Of a DNA stretch of 64,000 nt, positions 38,389 through 47,867 are shown piece after piece. The stretch lies in the NCBI GenBank assembly GCA_016183535.1, contig JACPEK010000006.1:38015-102014 (forward strand), read 5' to 3'. Source of the stretch: Candidatus Brennerbacteria bacterium (GTDB taxonomy: Bacteria; Patescibacteriota; Minisyncoccia; UBA6257; GWB1-50-10). Positions within the stretch are counted from its first letter, which is position 1. Every line of letters begins with the position of its first letter. The translations under genes were made by a program, and so were the position numbers. Under the pieces are notes generated by a model. The model was given only the letters and a program-made list of their open reading frames with translations, was not told the DNA's origin and did no database searches.

Positions 38389-39542
38389 CGCTTCAAGAGC
38401 GTATCAAGGTTAAACCCTTCATGCGCGCCCGCCGCCGCGTTCGTCCACTCGCGCCAATCGAAGCGCGGGGCGGTCAGGCGGTAGCTCACTTCCAGCGAGC
38501 AATTTTCAATTTTCAATTTACAATTTTCAAAAAGAGAGGCGTAGATGGCGATGGTTTTGTTTTTATAATCTTTCTCATACCACGTCTTGCCGTCGAAGTT
38601 CGGCGTAAGAAGCACGGCAAGATTTGCAAATCCTTCTCCTTCAAGATTCGCCGCTTTCGCAAAAAGCCACAAGTCGGAACCCTCTTCGGCGGTTTTGAAA
38701 TCAAGAACGGCGGTTGGTAGTTGGTCGTTGGTCGTTGGTAGTTTAATAACGCCGGTGGTTTCTTCCTTCACCCCCGTCATGCCGGACACATAGGTGGCGT
38801 AGCGCTCTCCGCCGATCGTGTAAACCGGGTCAATCGTGCCCGCGTCGATTTTCCCCGACCCGCCGCCGAAGACCGCAACCAAGCTCGTCGTCGTGTTCCC
38901 CACGGACAAGAGGGCGGTTGGCGTCGAGGTTGCGATCCCGATCCTCCCCGTCGACGTGGCGATGGTGAGATAATCCGTCGAGCCGCTCCGCCGGATCACG
39001 AAGTTATTGACGTCGTTCGGGCCGTAGAACCATTGCTCGGTGCCGGAGGTGTCCTTCACGACGAGACCGCGATAATTTGTTGAGAGTCCCGAGAGGGTAA
39101 CAAGAGGGCCGGATGATCCGTCATACACATGGAACCGCGTGGCGGGACTCGCGGTGCCGACGCCGGCGCGCGCGTTCGTCGCGTCCACAAAGAGCACCGT
39201 GTTGGTGTTCCCCGATTCCTGAAACGTGTAGTTGCCCTTCCCCGCGATGGAGCCGAACACGCCCGCGGACACCTGGCCCGCCGAAACCGATGAGGCGCCC
39301 GCGCTCGTCTGGGAGGTGCCGTCCCCGAACTTCAGCGTACTATCCACATAGAGCACCCCCGCCGCCTGCGGCGTCGTGGTGCCGACCGAAAGACCGCCTA
39401 AAACGGTGGTGGTCGAGGCGTTCTGGATGCGGTAGGTGCCGCCGAAATCAAAATCGTTCTGCACACTGATCGCGTATACGAAAGACGCGAGTCCGAGGAA
39501 GAGTACAAGTGCGGCCGCGGCGAGATAGATTTTCGAGGTCAT
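38385..39542 (-). CDS. Secreted fibre-like protein (GIGT-type repeats), paralog of 42505-45450
   Basis: Signal peptide; GVGTASP, GRIGIATSTP; C-terminal IDP.Y.IGG..YATY...GVKEE...SYRL...RFDWREW. Confidence 0.8.
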   Translation of the reverse strand: MTSKIYLAAAALVLFLGLASFVYAISVQNDFDFGGTYRIQNASTTTVLGGLSVGTTTPQAAGVLYVDSTLKFGDGTSQTSAGASSVSAGQVSAGVFGSIAGKGNYTFQESGNTNTVLFVDATNARAGVGTASPATRFHVYDGSSGPLVTLSGLSTNYRGLVVKDTSGTEQWFYGPNDVNNFVIRRSGSTDYLTIATSTGRIGIATSTPTALLSVGNTTTSLVAVFGGGSGKIDAGTIDPVYTIGGERYATYVSGMTGVKEETTGVIKLPTTNDQLPTAVLDFKTAEEGSDLWLFAKAANLEGEGFANLAVLLTPNFDGKTWYEKDYKNKTIAIYASLFENCKLKIENCSLEVSYRLTAPRFDWREWTNAAAGAHEGFNLDTLLKR

Positions 39543-39592
39543 AGGTTGCTTGGTGGTATTATACCATTCCCTTCTTTCCTTCTTTTTTATTT

Positions 39593-40210
39593 TTACCGAT
39601 TCACCACGAGCTTGCCGGCATCGCCCTTGCCGCATCCCTCAACACATTCAAACGCATACTCGCCGTAGGGATACGCCTGGAACTGGAAAACCGCCGTTTC
39701 ACCGCGCTTGACGCTTCGGTAGACGCCGAAGTCGGGAAAGCGGATCGCGTAGTCGCGGTCGGCCGCGGTAAAGGAAAAATCCACCACGTCGAGCTCGTTC
39801 ACCGCAACTAAGGACGGCGAGAGGTTGCCATCTTCACCGCGGAATGCGAACTTCCGAAGCATGACGTCTCCCACCTTCTGCACGGCGAACGGCACCGCGA
39901 TTTCGGAAGGTGCGGCGACTCTCGCCGTGGCATTCACGTCGGTAACAAACGCCGAGGTTTTGATCTTCTCCCGCGTGCCGCCCTCCACCGTCTTTAAGGC
40001 GTTCGCGTTGCCCGGGCGGAACACATCCTCGCCGCGCGCTTCGCCCGTCGGGCCGAATTCGCCCCTCCGCGGCCCGCTCGTGTTGTAGAAAGAAATTGCG
40101 ATGGCCGCGAGCGCCACCACGGCCGCAACGCCGCCCACCCATTTTATCTTGCCGCCCCGTTTTTCCGACGCGGGCGTTTCTTGCTCCATCACTCCGTCCA
40201 TGGTTGTCAT
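39593..40210 (-). CDS. Membrane-anchored cupredoxin-like protein
   Basis: PSLVAVNELDVV, GEYAFECVEGC. Confidence 0.6.
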   Translation of the reverse strand: MTTMDGVMEQETPASEKRGGKIKWVGGVAAVVALAAIAISFYNTSGPRRGEFGPTGEARGEDVFRPGNANALKTVEGGTREKIKTSAFVTDVNATARVAAPSEIAVPFAVQKVGDVMLRKFAFRGEDGNLSPSLVAVNELDVVDFSFTAADRDYAIRFPDFGVYRSVKRGETAVFQFQAYPYGEYAFECVEGCGKGDAGKLVVNR

Positions 40211-40232
40211 TGTACCACACCGCGCATACCGA

Positions 40233-41750
40233 TTATTGGGGTTTCACCTTCATTTGGATGTTGATGCGATCGAGGAACGGCGAATACCCGTCGGGACCCG
40301 CGGGATCGATTCGCGCCTTCCAGAAAAGCTTGACGCCCGCGGGATCCCGAAACTCGACTTCGCGCCCAACCTCGGCGCGCACCCACGCCGCGCCGTCGTT
40401 TGAAAGATAAAGCTCAACCACGCCGCCTTCTCGCGCCGCTTCAAACTCCGCAATAGTCGCGCGGCGCACCTCCGCGTCATAAGTGTTCAGGTTCTTCGAG
40501 ACAATCTCGCGCGGCGCGTCTTTTGAAAACCCGAGATCGCGGAATTCTTTCCATTCGGTTTCCCCGCCTGCGGTCGCAATCTTGAGGACAAGTCGCCCGC
40601 CCCCTTCCTGCCCGAGCGAGCCGCGGCGCGCACCCACGGGGAACGCCGCGCGGGTGAGGTCGAGCGCACCGGAAACATTGCCGGTGCCGTTCTCAAAAAG
40701 TTTTATAAGCTTCGGCTTGCCGTCTGTGAGACTCCATACATACCATCCGCTCTTCGCCCGCAACACGACCGGCTGAAAACCGCCCTCCATGGCGCGGATG
40801 CCGAAAAATCGAGAAACATTCTCCGCGCCGCTTCCGCGAATATGGTATGCGGTGCCTTCATAGCTCCCGTAGATTGCGATCCAGTCATTGTCGGTGCCGC
40901 CAAAACCGAGCGTGCCTCGGTAGGGAGACTGGAAGGGCGCACTCATGGGATCGAGCGCGTCCTCGAATTTCGCGCCGTCGAACGTAAACACCCTCCCCTC
41001 GTATGCGCCGTTTTTTTCGATCACTACGCCGACGAGCCACACCGTCTCGAGACCGCCGATCGAAACGGAGGATATTTTTTCTCCTGCGACCGCGGCGGGA
41101 AGCGGCGCGCGGTACCGTTCCTCCGCATAGGCGCTCCGCGCCGAGAACGGAGTGAAGGAGAGAGTGTTGCCTCGCTCGACGAGACAGTCGTTCCACAAGC
41201 ACACCGCGTCGCTCCCGTCCGCGCCGCGCTCGCGAAGCTCCGCGGCGGGGGGTACGGCGTTCTCGAGCGCGAAGCGCGGCGGGAAAGTGAACGCCGTCAC
41301 CGCCTCGTCGTGCGCAAGTGTTGTTTTCCCTTCATCGAGCCATGCAAAACTTGAGAAAAGATCGGAGAAGCTCGAGACGGTGAGCGCCTCGGGCGCGGTC
41401 GGCGGTGCGGATGAACCCTCTCCCCCGCCGCCTCCCACCACGCGGTAGAGCCGCTGGGGCAAACTCTCCCCCTCCGCCTCGAGCGCCTCAACGGTGCGGC
41501 GAATCGCTTCGGACGGCGCGGCCTCCCGCGACGAGCGAAGCGTTTCGACAAGCGAAGTTTTGATACTGCGCTCGAGGTACCAACGAAGCGCTTCGAGACT
41601 CGCGAGAAAAAGCGTCAGTCCCGCCGCGACGGCAACGAGCGTGATGAGCGCCACGACCGCGCGGGGAAGCCGCTCCCGCGCGCGCCGCGCCAGGCGAAAT
41701 ACGCGCTTGAGCATGCGGAACGAAAAAAATCTATACAATAAACTTTTCAT
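40233..41750 (-). CDS. Membrane-anchored hypothetical protein
   Basis: 505 aa with one TM and a beta-rich body. Confidence 0.7.
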   Translation of the reverse strand: MKSLLYRFFSFRMLKRVFRLARRARERLPRAVVALITLVAVAAGLTLFLASLEALRWYLERSIKTSLVETLRSSREAAPSEAIRRTVEALEAEGESLPQRLYRVVGGGGGEGSSAPPTAPEALTVSSFSDLFSSFAWLDEGKTTLAHDEAVTAFTFPPRFALENAVPPAAELRERGADGSDAVCLWNDCLVERGNTLSFTPFSARSAYAEERYRAPLPAAVAGEKISSVSIGGLETVWLVGVVIEKNGAYEGRVFTFDGAKFEDALDPMSAPFQSPYRGTLGFGGTDNDWIAIYGSYEGTAYHIRGSGAENVSRFFGIRAMEGGFQPVVLRAKSGWYVWSLTDGKPKLIKLFENGTGNVSGALDLTRAAFPVGARRGSLGQEGGGRLVLKIATAGGETEWKEFRDLGFSKDAPREIVSKNLNTYDAEVRRATIAEFEAAREGGVVELYLSNDGAAWVRAEVGREVEFRDPAGVKLFWKARIDPAGPDGYSPFLDRINIQMKVKPQ

Positions 41751-41867
41751 TTATGACTTCAGTTCTCCATATGACATATGAGTCCTAGAGAACTTATCGG
41801 TCTTATTATAGAGAAACCCGCGGCGCGGCGCGGGTTTTTTTCGCGGTCTTCCATGACTTATTTAGTC

Positions 41868-42452
41868 TTACTCCACGATCATCGTCCCCGTTTCGCCGCG
41901 GGTCGCGTGGCCGGGTACGTTGCAGTAAAATTGGTATTCGCCGCGCGCCGAAGGCGCGTTGAAGGCGGTTACGCGGGTTTCCCCGGGCGCCAAGCCGACC
42001 GCCACCGCCGAAAGCGAAGAGTCTTCAAACGCGAAGACGTGCGTCTGGTTGTCCGTCGCGGTAAGGGTGAGCGTCACCACCTCGCCCCGCTTCACGCGGA
42101 ACGTCGAAGGCGCGATGCCCTCCGCGGACATCGAAATCTTGATCGAGTTGGTGGGCGCGTCGCGGAGCGCAATGGGGTCCGACTGCTGGGGTGCGTCGGG
42201 CGAACCCGGCGTTACGTCGAGCTTCACCGGCGCGCCGGTATTCTTGTTGACGACCTGCCCCTCCTTGGACACCGGACTCAAACCCGGCGCGGCAACAATG
42301 CCCTGCGACGTCGCGGTCGCGAGCGGCCCGGTTTCTTCCGCTGTCCGAACCCCCGAAGGAATTTTTATCGCGCCGCTGATCGCGAGGTAGATGATGACGA
42401 TACCTACAATCGCGCCGCCCACGATCCACCACGCCAATTTATTTCCGTTCAT
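41868..42452 (-). CDS. Cupredoxin-domain protein
   Basis: PSTFRVKRGEVV, THVF, GEYQFYCNVPGH. Confidence 0.8.
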   Translation of the reverse strand: MNGNKLAWWIVGGAIVGIVIIYLAISGAIKIPSGVRTAEETGPLATATSQGIVAAPGLSPVSKEGQVVNKNTGAPVKLDVTPGSPDAPQQSDPIALRDAPTNSIKISMSAEGIAPSTFRVKRGEVVTLTLTATDNQTHVFAFEDSSLSAVAVGLAPGETRVTAFNAPSARGEYQFYCNVPGHATRGETGTMIVE

Positions 42453-42504
42453 GATGTTATTATAGCAAACCGATCTTGCGCCCTTTAGATGATTGGTCTT
42501 TTGT

Positions 42505-45450
42505 TTATTTGATGATGAGCGAAGGCCGCTCCGTTTGATCGGGCGCCAACGTCGGCCACTCTCGCCAGTCGAAGCGATTGCCGACGAGGCGATAGCTGAA
42601 CTCGATAGAATCAGTGGTTGGTGGTTGGTGGTTGGTGGTTGGTTGGGAACGGAAGATTATTTTGTTTCCGGAAATTTCGTAGGCGATGGAAACGGGGACG
42701 CCGTAGGGAGTGGCAAGCACTTGAACGGTGTCGCGGCTGAAGTCAACGGTCTTCCGCCACACCCACAAATCTGAACCGCTTTTTATCTTGTCGAAGTCGA
42801 TGACATACTCGTAGGTCGGTTCGGTAAACTCGAAACCTTTTGAATTTTGAGATTTCGGATTTGTTTCGGATTTCGGATTTCGGATTTCGGATTTGCGGAC
42901 GAGCGTAGCGCGGCCGACATATTCTTCCTTCACCCCTCCCGCGATGGCAGAAGCGTAGGTCGCGTATTTTTTCCCTCCGATCTCATAGAGCGGGTCGATG
43001 GTGGTGACCGTAAGCTTGTTCACGCCGGTGATGTTTTTCGAGTTCGCGTTGAGGTTGGTAACAAGCGCGCCGCCGAAGGAGAGGTTGCCATTCAAGGTGG
43101 AGGTGCCGGAGACGGTGAGCGTGGTGAAGCTCCCCGCGCCGCCGCCGCCCGTCACCGCGGAGTCCACGTAATCCTTCGTCGCCGCATGGGAAGCTTGTGT
43201 CGGCGTCCCCACGATCACCGGCTGGGAGAAGTAGCCGGTACCCGCGACGGTCAGGGCGTAGCCCGGCGTGGTCGAGGCGATACCGAAATTGTTGCCGGTG
43301 TTGAGGTAGCTCGCGCCGTTCGTGTCGAAGGTGATTTCGACACCTCCGTTCTCGAAAAGTTGGAAGTAGCCCGGGTCGCTCCCTCCCGCTTCTGCGAATT
43401 TTGCATACACATTCCCTTGATTTCCTGTAAGTTGAAGGTCGGGGTTGCCGCCGCCATTTTTGATATACACTCCTCCGGTCGGGGTCGCGCCTCCTTGAAT
43501 TTCGAGTTTGTACCCCGGACTCGCCGTCCCGATGCCGACCGAATCGCCGGAGGTCGTGAGAGAGACGTTCGCGCCGCTGTCGGTCCAACCGCTCCCGCTC
43601 GTTACCGTGGAGTCCACATAACTTTTCGTCGCGGCGTGGGAATTCGCGGTCGGGGTGCCGACAATCACCGGCTGGGAGAAGTAGCCGGCACCGACGGTCG
43701 TTAAAACATAGCCGGGAGACGAAGACGCGATGCCGATGTTGCCGGTCGCATTGATATGAAATCTCACGTCCGTGGTATTGCCGGTCGCAATCGAAAACAA
43801 GTCCTGTGATTTGATTACCAAGTCGTTCGGCCCACCGCCACCCTGCAAACCGATATCGTCATTTGCGGCAATCTGTCCCGCCAGTGTCGTATCCGCTCCG
43901 TCGTAGATATCAATCCGGTTGCCGAAGCGGGTCGCGCCTTTCACGTGGAGTTTCTGTTGGGGGTTCGTCGTTCCGATGCCGACGTTCCAACTTGTGGAAG
44001 ACGCGTAGAGATTTGAGCCGGAAAGCAACCACACGCCGCTCGAGCCGGAAGCGACGGAGTCCACATACGACTTCGTCGCCGCGCTCGTGCCTGTCGTCGG
44101 TGTGGGAACGGTAAGCTGACCCGTAAATCTCCCCGTGCCCACCACGTCGAGCGTATAGGCGGGAGTGGTGGTGGCGATCCCGACGTTGCCCGAGCTATCC
44201 ATCACCAAACTGTTCGCCGTTCCGGCGGTATTGATAGTAAATTTGTCGGCGCTGTGGCTATAGATAATCCTCCCGCGATACGCCTGATCGCCGGTCGTCC
44301 CGTCGGCGAAAAGTATGGAGCCGTCGCCCGCGCTGTAGATGGTAAGTCCTTGCGAACCGGCGCCGGAGCCCACTACGAGCTGATTCGCCGATGAGTCGAG
44401 TGAGGACGCGGGCGCGGTACCTACGGAAACCAAGCCGTTCACCTGCAAAGCGCTTGCGGGAGTGGTGGTCCCGATACCGACGTTGCCGGCTCCCGTAAGA
44501 GTCATGACTGTCTTTCCCCCAATAGTACTTGCGGCATCTCCCTGTTTCCACAAAGAGAAAATTATTTTGTTTCCGCCCGCAACCCCAGAATCATGTTCTG
44601 TGGTTATCATATGGGCATAATCGGTAGTGCCGTTATATCCGAAAACAATCTGCCGACCTCCCTGACTGCCGGTATTATCCATTCCCGACCTCAAAATAAG
44701 CGCATTAGTTGAGATTGTTGAAACAACATCAAGCTTTCCACTCGGACTCGTCGTCCCGATACCGACGTTGCCTTTGACATACAAACCCTCGGTGGGAAGC
44801 CCGCCCGTCGTCGTGGTCCCCACCGCGAGCGAAGCGGGAAACGCGAAATTCCCGTTTCCCTGCAAGCTCCCGAAGACGCCGGACGAGACATTCGCCGCGG
44901 AAAGCCCGCCCGAGAGCGTACCCACAAAAGCGCCGGTTGTCTGCACATTCCCTCCGACGAAAAGACGCGCGACGCCGCCCGTCGAGGTCGCTTTCTGCCC
45001 GATCGCCACATCACCGTACTGGTTCACGTCGAGCACCACATAGCCCGGAAGCGTGGCCGACTCGCGGTAGAGCTGGAGGTTGCCGAAGTTTCGCGACGAC
45101 CACACATAGGTGTTCCCCGACGTGAGGTTTTTGAGAGAAAGTCCGGGGTTCGTGGTCGAGGCCACCGTGAACACATACCCGAAGGTGGAGGGCCCGCTCT
45201 CGGTCGAGGTCGAGTTGAAAGTCGAAACCGGCGTCGAGGACGAGGCGCCGAAACCGATGTTCCGGTTCGCGTCCACCTGGAAGAGCCCGCCGCCCGAGCC
45301 GGGGGTTTGACCCGCAGACGGCCCGATAAAAGCGAATGCTATAGGCGCAACCGATATTTCAAATATCAAACACCACAAGAAAAACAGCCCAGTTTTTGAA
45401 AAGGAAAGATAGTTTTTAATTTTTAATTTTTGAATTTTATAAATAAACAC
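42505..45450 (-). CDS. Large secreted fibre/adhesin-like protein
   Basis: Many GNVGIGTT.P units, three AATK.YVDS units, shared C-terminal domain; start uncertain. Confidence 0.82.
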   Translation of the reverse strand: MFIYKIQKLKIKNYLSFSKTGLFFLWCLIFEISVAPIAFAFIGPSAGQTPGSGGGLFQVDANRNIGFGASSSTPVSTFNSTSTESGPSTFGYVFTVASTTNPGLSLKNLTSGNTYVWSSRNFGNLQLYRESATLPGYVVLDVNQYGDVAIGQKATSTGGVARLFVGGNVQTTGAFVGTLSGGLSAANVSSGVFGSLQGNGNFAFPASLAVGTTTTGGLPTEGLYVKGNVGIGTTSPSGKLDVVSTISTNALILRSGMDNTGSQGGRQIVFGYNGTTDYAHMITTEHDSGVAGGNKIIFSLWKQGDAASTIGGKTVMTLTGAGNVGIGTTTPASALQVNGLVSVGTAPASSLDSSANQLVVGSGAGSQGLTIYSAGDGSILFADGTTGDQAYRGRIIYSHSADKFTINTAGTANSLVMDSSGNVGIATTTPAYTLDVVGTGRFTGQLTVPTPTTGTSAATKSYVDSVASGSSGVWLLSGSNLYASSTSWNVGIGTTNPQQKLHVKGATRFGNRIDIYDGADTTLAGQIAANDDIGLQGGGGPNDLVIKSQDLFSIATGNTTDVRFHINATGNIGIASSSPGYVLTTVGAGYFSQPVIVGTPTANSHAATKSYVDSTVTSGSGWTDSGANVSLTTSGDSVGIGTASPGYKLEIQGGATPTGGVYIKNGGGNPDLQLTGNQGNVYAKFAEAGGSDPGYFQLFENGGVEITFDTNGASYLNTGNNFGIASTTPGYALTVAGTGYFSQPVIVGTPTQASHAATKDYVDSAVTGGGGAGSFTTLTVSGTSTLNGNLSFGGALVTNLNANSKNITGVNKLTVTTIDPLYEIGGKKYATYASAIAGGVKEEYVGRATLVRKSEIRNPKSETNPKSQNSKGFEFTEPTYEYVIDFDKIKSGSDLWVWRKTVDFSRDTVQVLATPYGVPVSIAYEISGNKIIFRSQPTTNHQPPTTDSIEFSYRLVGNRFDWREWPTLAPDQTERPSLIIK

Positions 45451-45853
45451 TTAGAATTTTTAAACACTGCAGTTTTTGGAAATTTTAGCGAAGATTAACG
45501 TCAATTCGTGCGCTTCTTTCCAAAGATTTTTGCATTCTTCCTTTCTAACCTGATTAGCCGCCGCAATCATACGGAGCCAGTGTTTCGTTTCATTCGATTC
45601 TTTTTGTGAAATTCTTATTTTATTCCTAAAATCTTTCTTTGAGCTCGCCTGATTCGCTTCCATATAGTTAGCCCCGATGCTCGTAGCGGATCTCACGACT
45701 TGATCTATAAGCGACCTGTTTATGGAATTGCCGGGTAATTCTTTTGCGAAGTTTATCACATTCTCCCCAAATCTAGCCGATCTTTCCTCCAGGTCGTAAT
45801 TCATCAGGTTTAGAAATTAAAACATTAAAATTTATTTATAAAATTCAAAAATT
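45425..45853. mobile_element. Inverted-repeat-bounded four-helix-bundle cassette (putative element)
   Basis: Perfect 23-bp IR: aatttttgaattttataaataaa (45425-45447) / tttatttataaaattcaaaaatt (45831-45853); AT-rich island; mobility is inferred. Confidence 0.55.
45460..45804 (-). CDS. Four helix bundle protein (23S rRNA IVP-like family)
   Basis: QVVRSATSIGANYMEA..ASSKKDF.NK..I..KE.NET.HWL. Confidence 0.92.
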   Translation of the reverse strand: MNYDLEERSARFGENVINFAKELPGNSINRSLIDQVVRSATSIGANYMEANQASSKKDFRNKIRISQKESNETKHWLRMIAAANQVRKEECKNLWKEAHELTLIFAKISKNCSV

Positions 45854-45864
45854 GGAAATTCACT

Positions 45865-46389
45865 TTACGGCAACACAATAAGTTGTCCCATTATCTTCGC
45901 TCCGGCCGGGCAAGAGTCGCGACACTCAAACCGGTACGTTCCCGCGGCGGTGGTCTGAAAACTCACCTGCTTCGTCTCCCCTTTCACCACTTTCTGGTAG
46001 AGCCCGCTCCATGGCATCGAGAAATCGTAGTCGCCGTCCTCTGCGGTGAGGCGAATCTGCACAAGATTGCCGAGCTTCACCGTCAAGGTCGAGGGGGCAA
46101 AGCCGTTGCGCGACACCGTCATTTCGAAGATGCCGAGCGTTTCCTCCCTCCCGGGCGCCGCGGGCGCCTCGATGGCGGGGGGTGTTTCCACCGCGTTTTC
46201 AGGCACCTCGGAGGTATACGCGGACGTTTCGAGTGAAACTGCCCCGCTCCCTTCCGTTTCCTCCTCCGCGCTCCCCGCCGGCCCCGCGCCTTCCGGCCCC
46301 GCGTCCCGCCCGGAAAACGCCCCGATGATCGCAACGAGCGCGATAAAACCCCCGAGTGCCGCGAGAATAATAAGTTGTTTGCGCGTCAT
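45865..46389 (-). CDS. Membrane-anchored cupredoxin-like protein
   Basis: GFAPSTLTVKLG, GTYRFECRDSCP. Confidence 0.7.
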   Translation of the reverse strand: MTRKQLIILAALGGFIALVAIIGAFSGRDAGPEGAGPAGSAEEETEGSGAVSLETSAYTSEVPENAVETPPAIEAPAAPGREETLGIFEMTVSRNGFAPSTLTVKLGNLVQIRLTAEDGDYDFSMPWSGLYQKVVKGETKQVSFQTTAAGTYRFECRDSCPAGAKIMGQLIVLP

Positions 46390-46484
46390 TCAAATAATTA
46401 TAGCAAGTTTAAACGGCTCATGGGTCGAATAAGTCCCATGGGCCGTATGGGACTTATAAGCCGAGGTGATATAAAATAAGAGAG

Positions 46485-47444
46485 ATGCGAGGAATAAAAA
46501 TTGCTTTCTGGATCCTTATTGCGATTGTCCTTTCCCTCACGGCATTTGCCGCGCTCCGCGCCGGCGCCGCGACGAATGTTTCCTCCGCCTCAAACGAGCG
46601 CCTCGCGTGGGACGATGAGAATGGCTGGTGGGACTTCTACAGTACAAACACAGTAACAATCTACGGCACGCGCCTCGAGGGCTACGCCTCGTCCACAGTC
46701 GGCGATCTTTCGCTCGATTGCGCCACGACCGCTTCCGGCAACGTTTGCGCCTCGTCGAACTACGGCGTCTGCAATGGGCCGGGGCCGCATGCGACGGACG
46801 GCGCCTGCGCGTCGGGCGACGCCTCGGGCGATCTCACGGGGTACGCGTGGAACGACGCCATGGGATGGGTGAGCTTTAATTGCAACCAATCCTCGCACGG
46901 CGGCGCGAATAACTGTGTATCGTCGAACTATAAAGTTTCGATCGACGCGAACGGCAACTTCTCGGGCTACGCATGGAACGATGTCGCGGGATGGTTAAGT
47001 TTTAACTGCGCGGACGCGGGCGGAAGCTCGTGCGGCGACTCTAACTACAAGGTAATCACCTCATGGCGGGCCACTTCCACTTTCGCCTATCTCGAATCGT
47101 CGGTCTTCGACACGGAGCGGAGTGAGGGCGGCGCACTCCAGAGCATCGTCTGGCAAGGTTCGCAACCTTCCGGCGCCTCGGTGGATTTCCAGATCGCGAC
47201 TTCGAGCTCCTCTTCCGGGCCGTGGACGTTCTACGGCCCCGGCGGAAGCTCCGTCGCATATTATGGAGCGGAGTGTCCGCTCTCGGGTATTGCATCGCCC
47301 GGCGCGGGTCCCGACAAAGCGATTTGCGTGGATAAAAATGCGGGCGCGGCGCGCTATCTGCGGTATAAAATACGACTGCGGTCGAATCTGCTTCAGACAC
47401 AAACGCCGAGCGTTGATGACGTCATTCTCATTTGGACGAGATAG
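46485..47444 (+). CDS. Secreted Cys-containing protein with GYAWND..GW.SFNC repeats
   Basis: Signal peptide; repeated GYAW motif; -10 TAAAAT upstream. Confidence 0.8.
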   Translation: MRGIKIAFWILIAIVLSLTAFAALRAGAATNVSSASNERLAWDDENGWWDFYSTNTVTIYGTRLEGYASSTVGDLSLDCATTASGNVCASSNYGVCNGPGPHATDGACASGDASGDLTGYAWNDAMGWVSFNCNQSSHGGANNCVSSNYKVSIDANGNFSGYAWNDVAGWLSFNCADAGGSSCGDSNYKVITSWRATSTFAYLESSVFDTERSEGGALQSIVWQGSQPSGASVDFQIATSSSSSGPWTFYGPGGSSVAYYGAECPLSGIASPGAGPDKAICVDKNAGAARYLRYKIRLRSNLLQTQTPSVDDVILIWTR

Positions 47445-47493
47445 GATTAGTTGATTAGTTACGCTACGCTTTAGTTGATTAGTTTCCAAAAAA

Positions 47494-47865
47494 ATGCCAA
47501 CCGGACTGGAAAATCTCAAAATTTATCAACTAGCAAAAGAGCTCGAGCTTGAGATTCATCAAGCCACCAAAAAATTCCCAATAGAAGAAAGATGGAGAAG
47601 TGTCGATCAGCTGAACCGCTCGGCCGCAGCCGTTTCAAACAATATCGCGGAGGCATATCATAAACTTTCAGTCATCCAGAGGGAGCACATATTACGAAAC
47701 ATCGCTATCGGGGAAGCTGAAGAAACAAAACGAAATATTGAACGTTGTTCAATGAAAACGTTTATTTCCAAAACAACTGCTGATGATATTGCTAATCGCT
47801 ATACAAGTCTTATTAAAGGCGTATATGGTTATATTCGATTTCTCAAAAACCAATCAACTAATTAA
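47494..47865 (+). CDS. Four helix bundle protein (23S rRNA IVP-like family)
   Basis: ENLKIYQLA, FPIEERW..DQLNRSAAAVSNNIAEAY; flanked by TTAGTTGA / TCAACTAA arms. Confidence 0.9.
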   Translation: MPTGLENLKIYQLAKELELEIHQATKKFPIEERWRSVDQLNRSAAAVSNNIAEAYHKLSVIQREHILRNIAIGEAEETKRNIERCSMKTFISKTTADDIANRYTSLIKGVYGYIRFLKNQSTN

Positions 47866-47867
47866 CT

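Noticed and set aside
20853-45450. Prophage suggested by baseplate-like and tail-fibre-like genes
   Set aside because: The proteins have signal or TM anchors, and there is no integrase, terminase, capsid or portal
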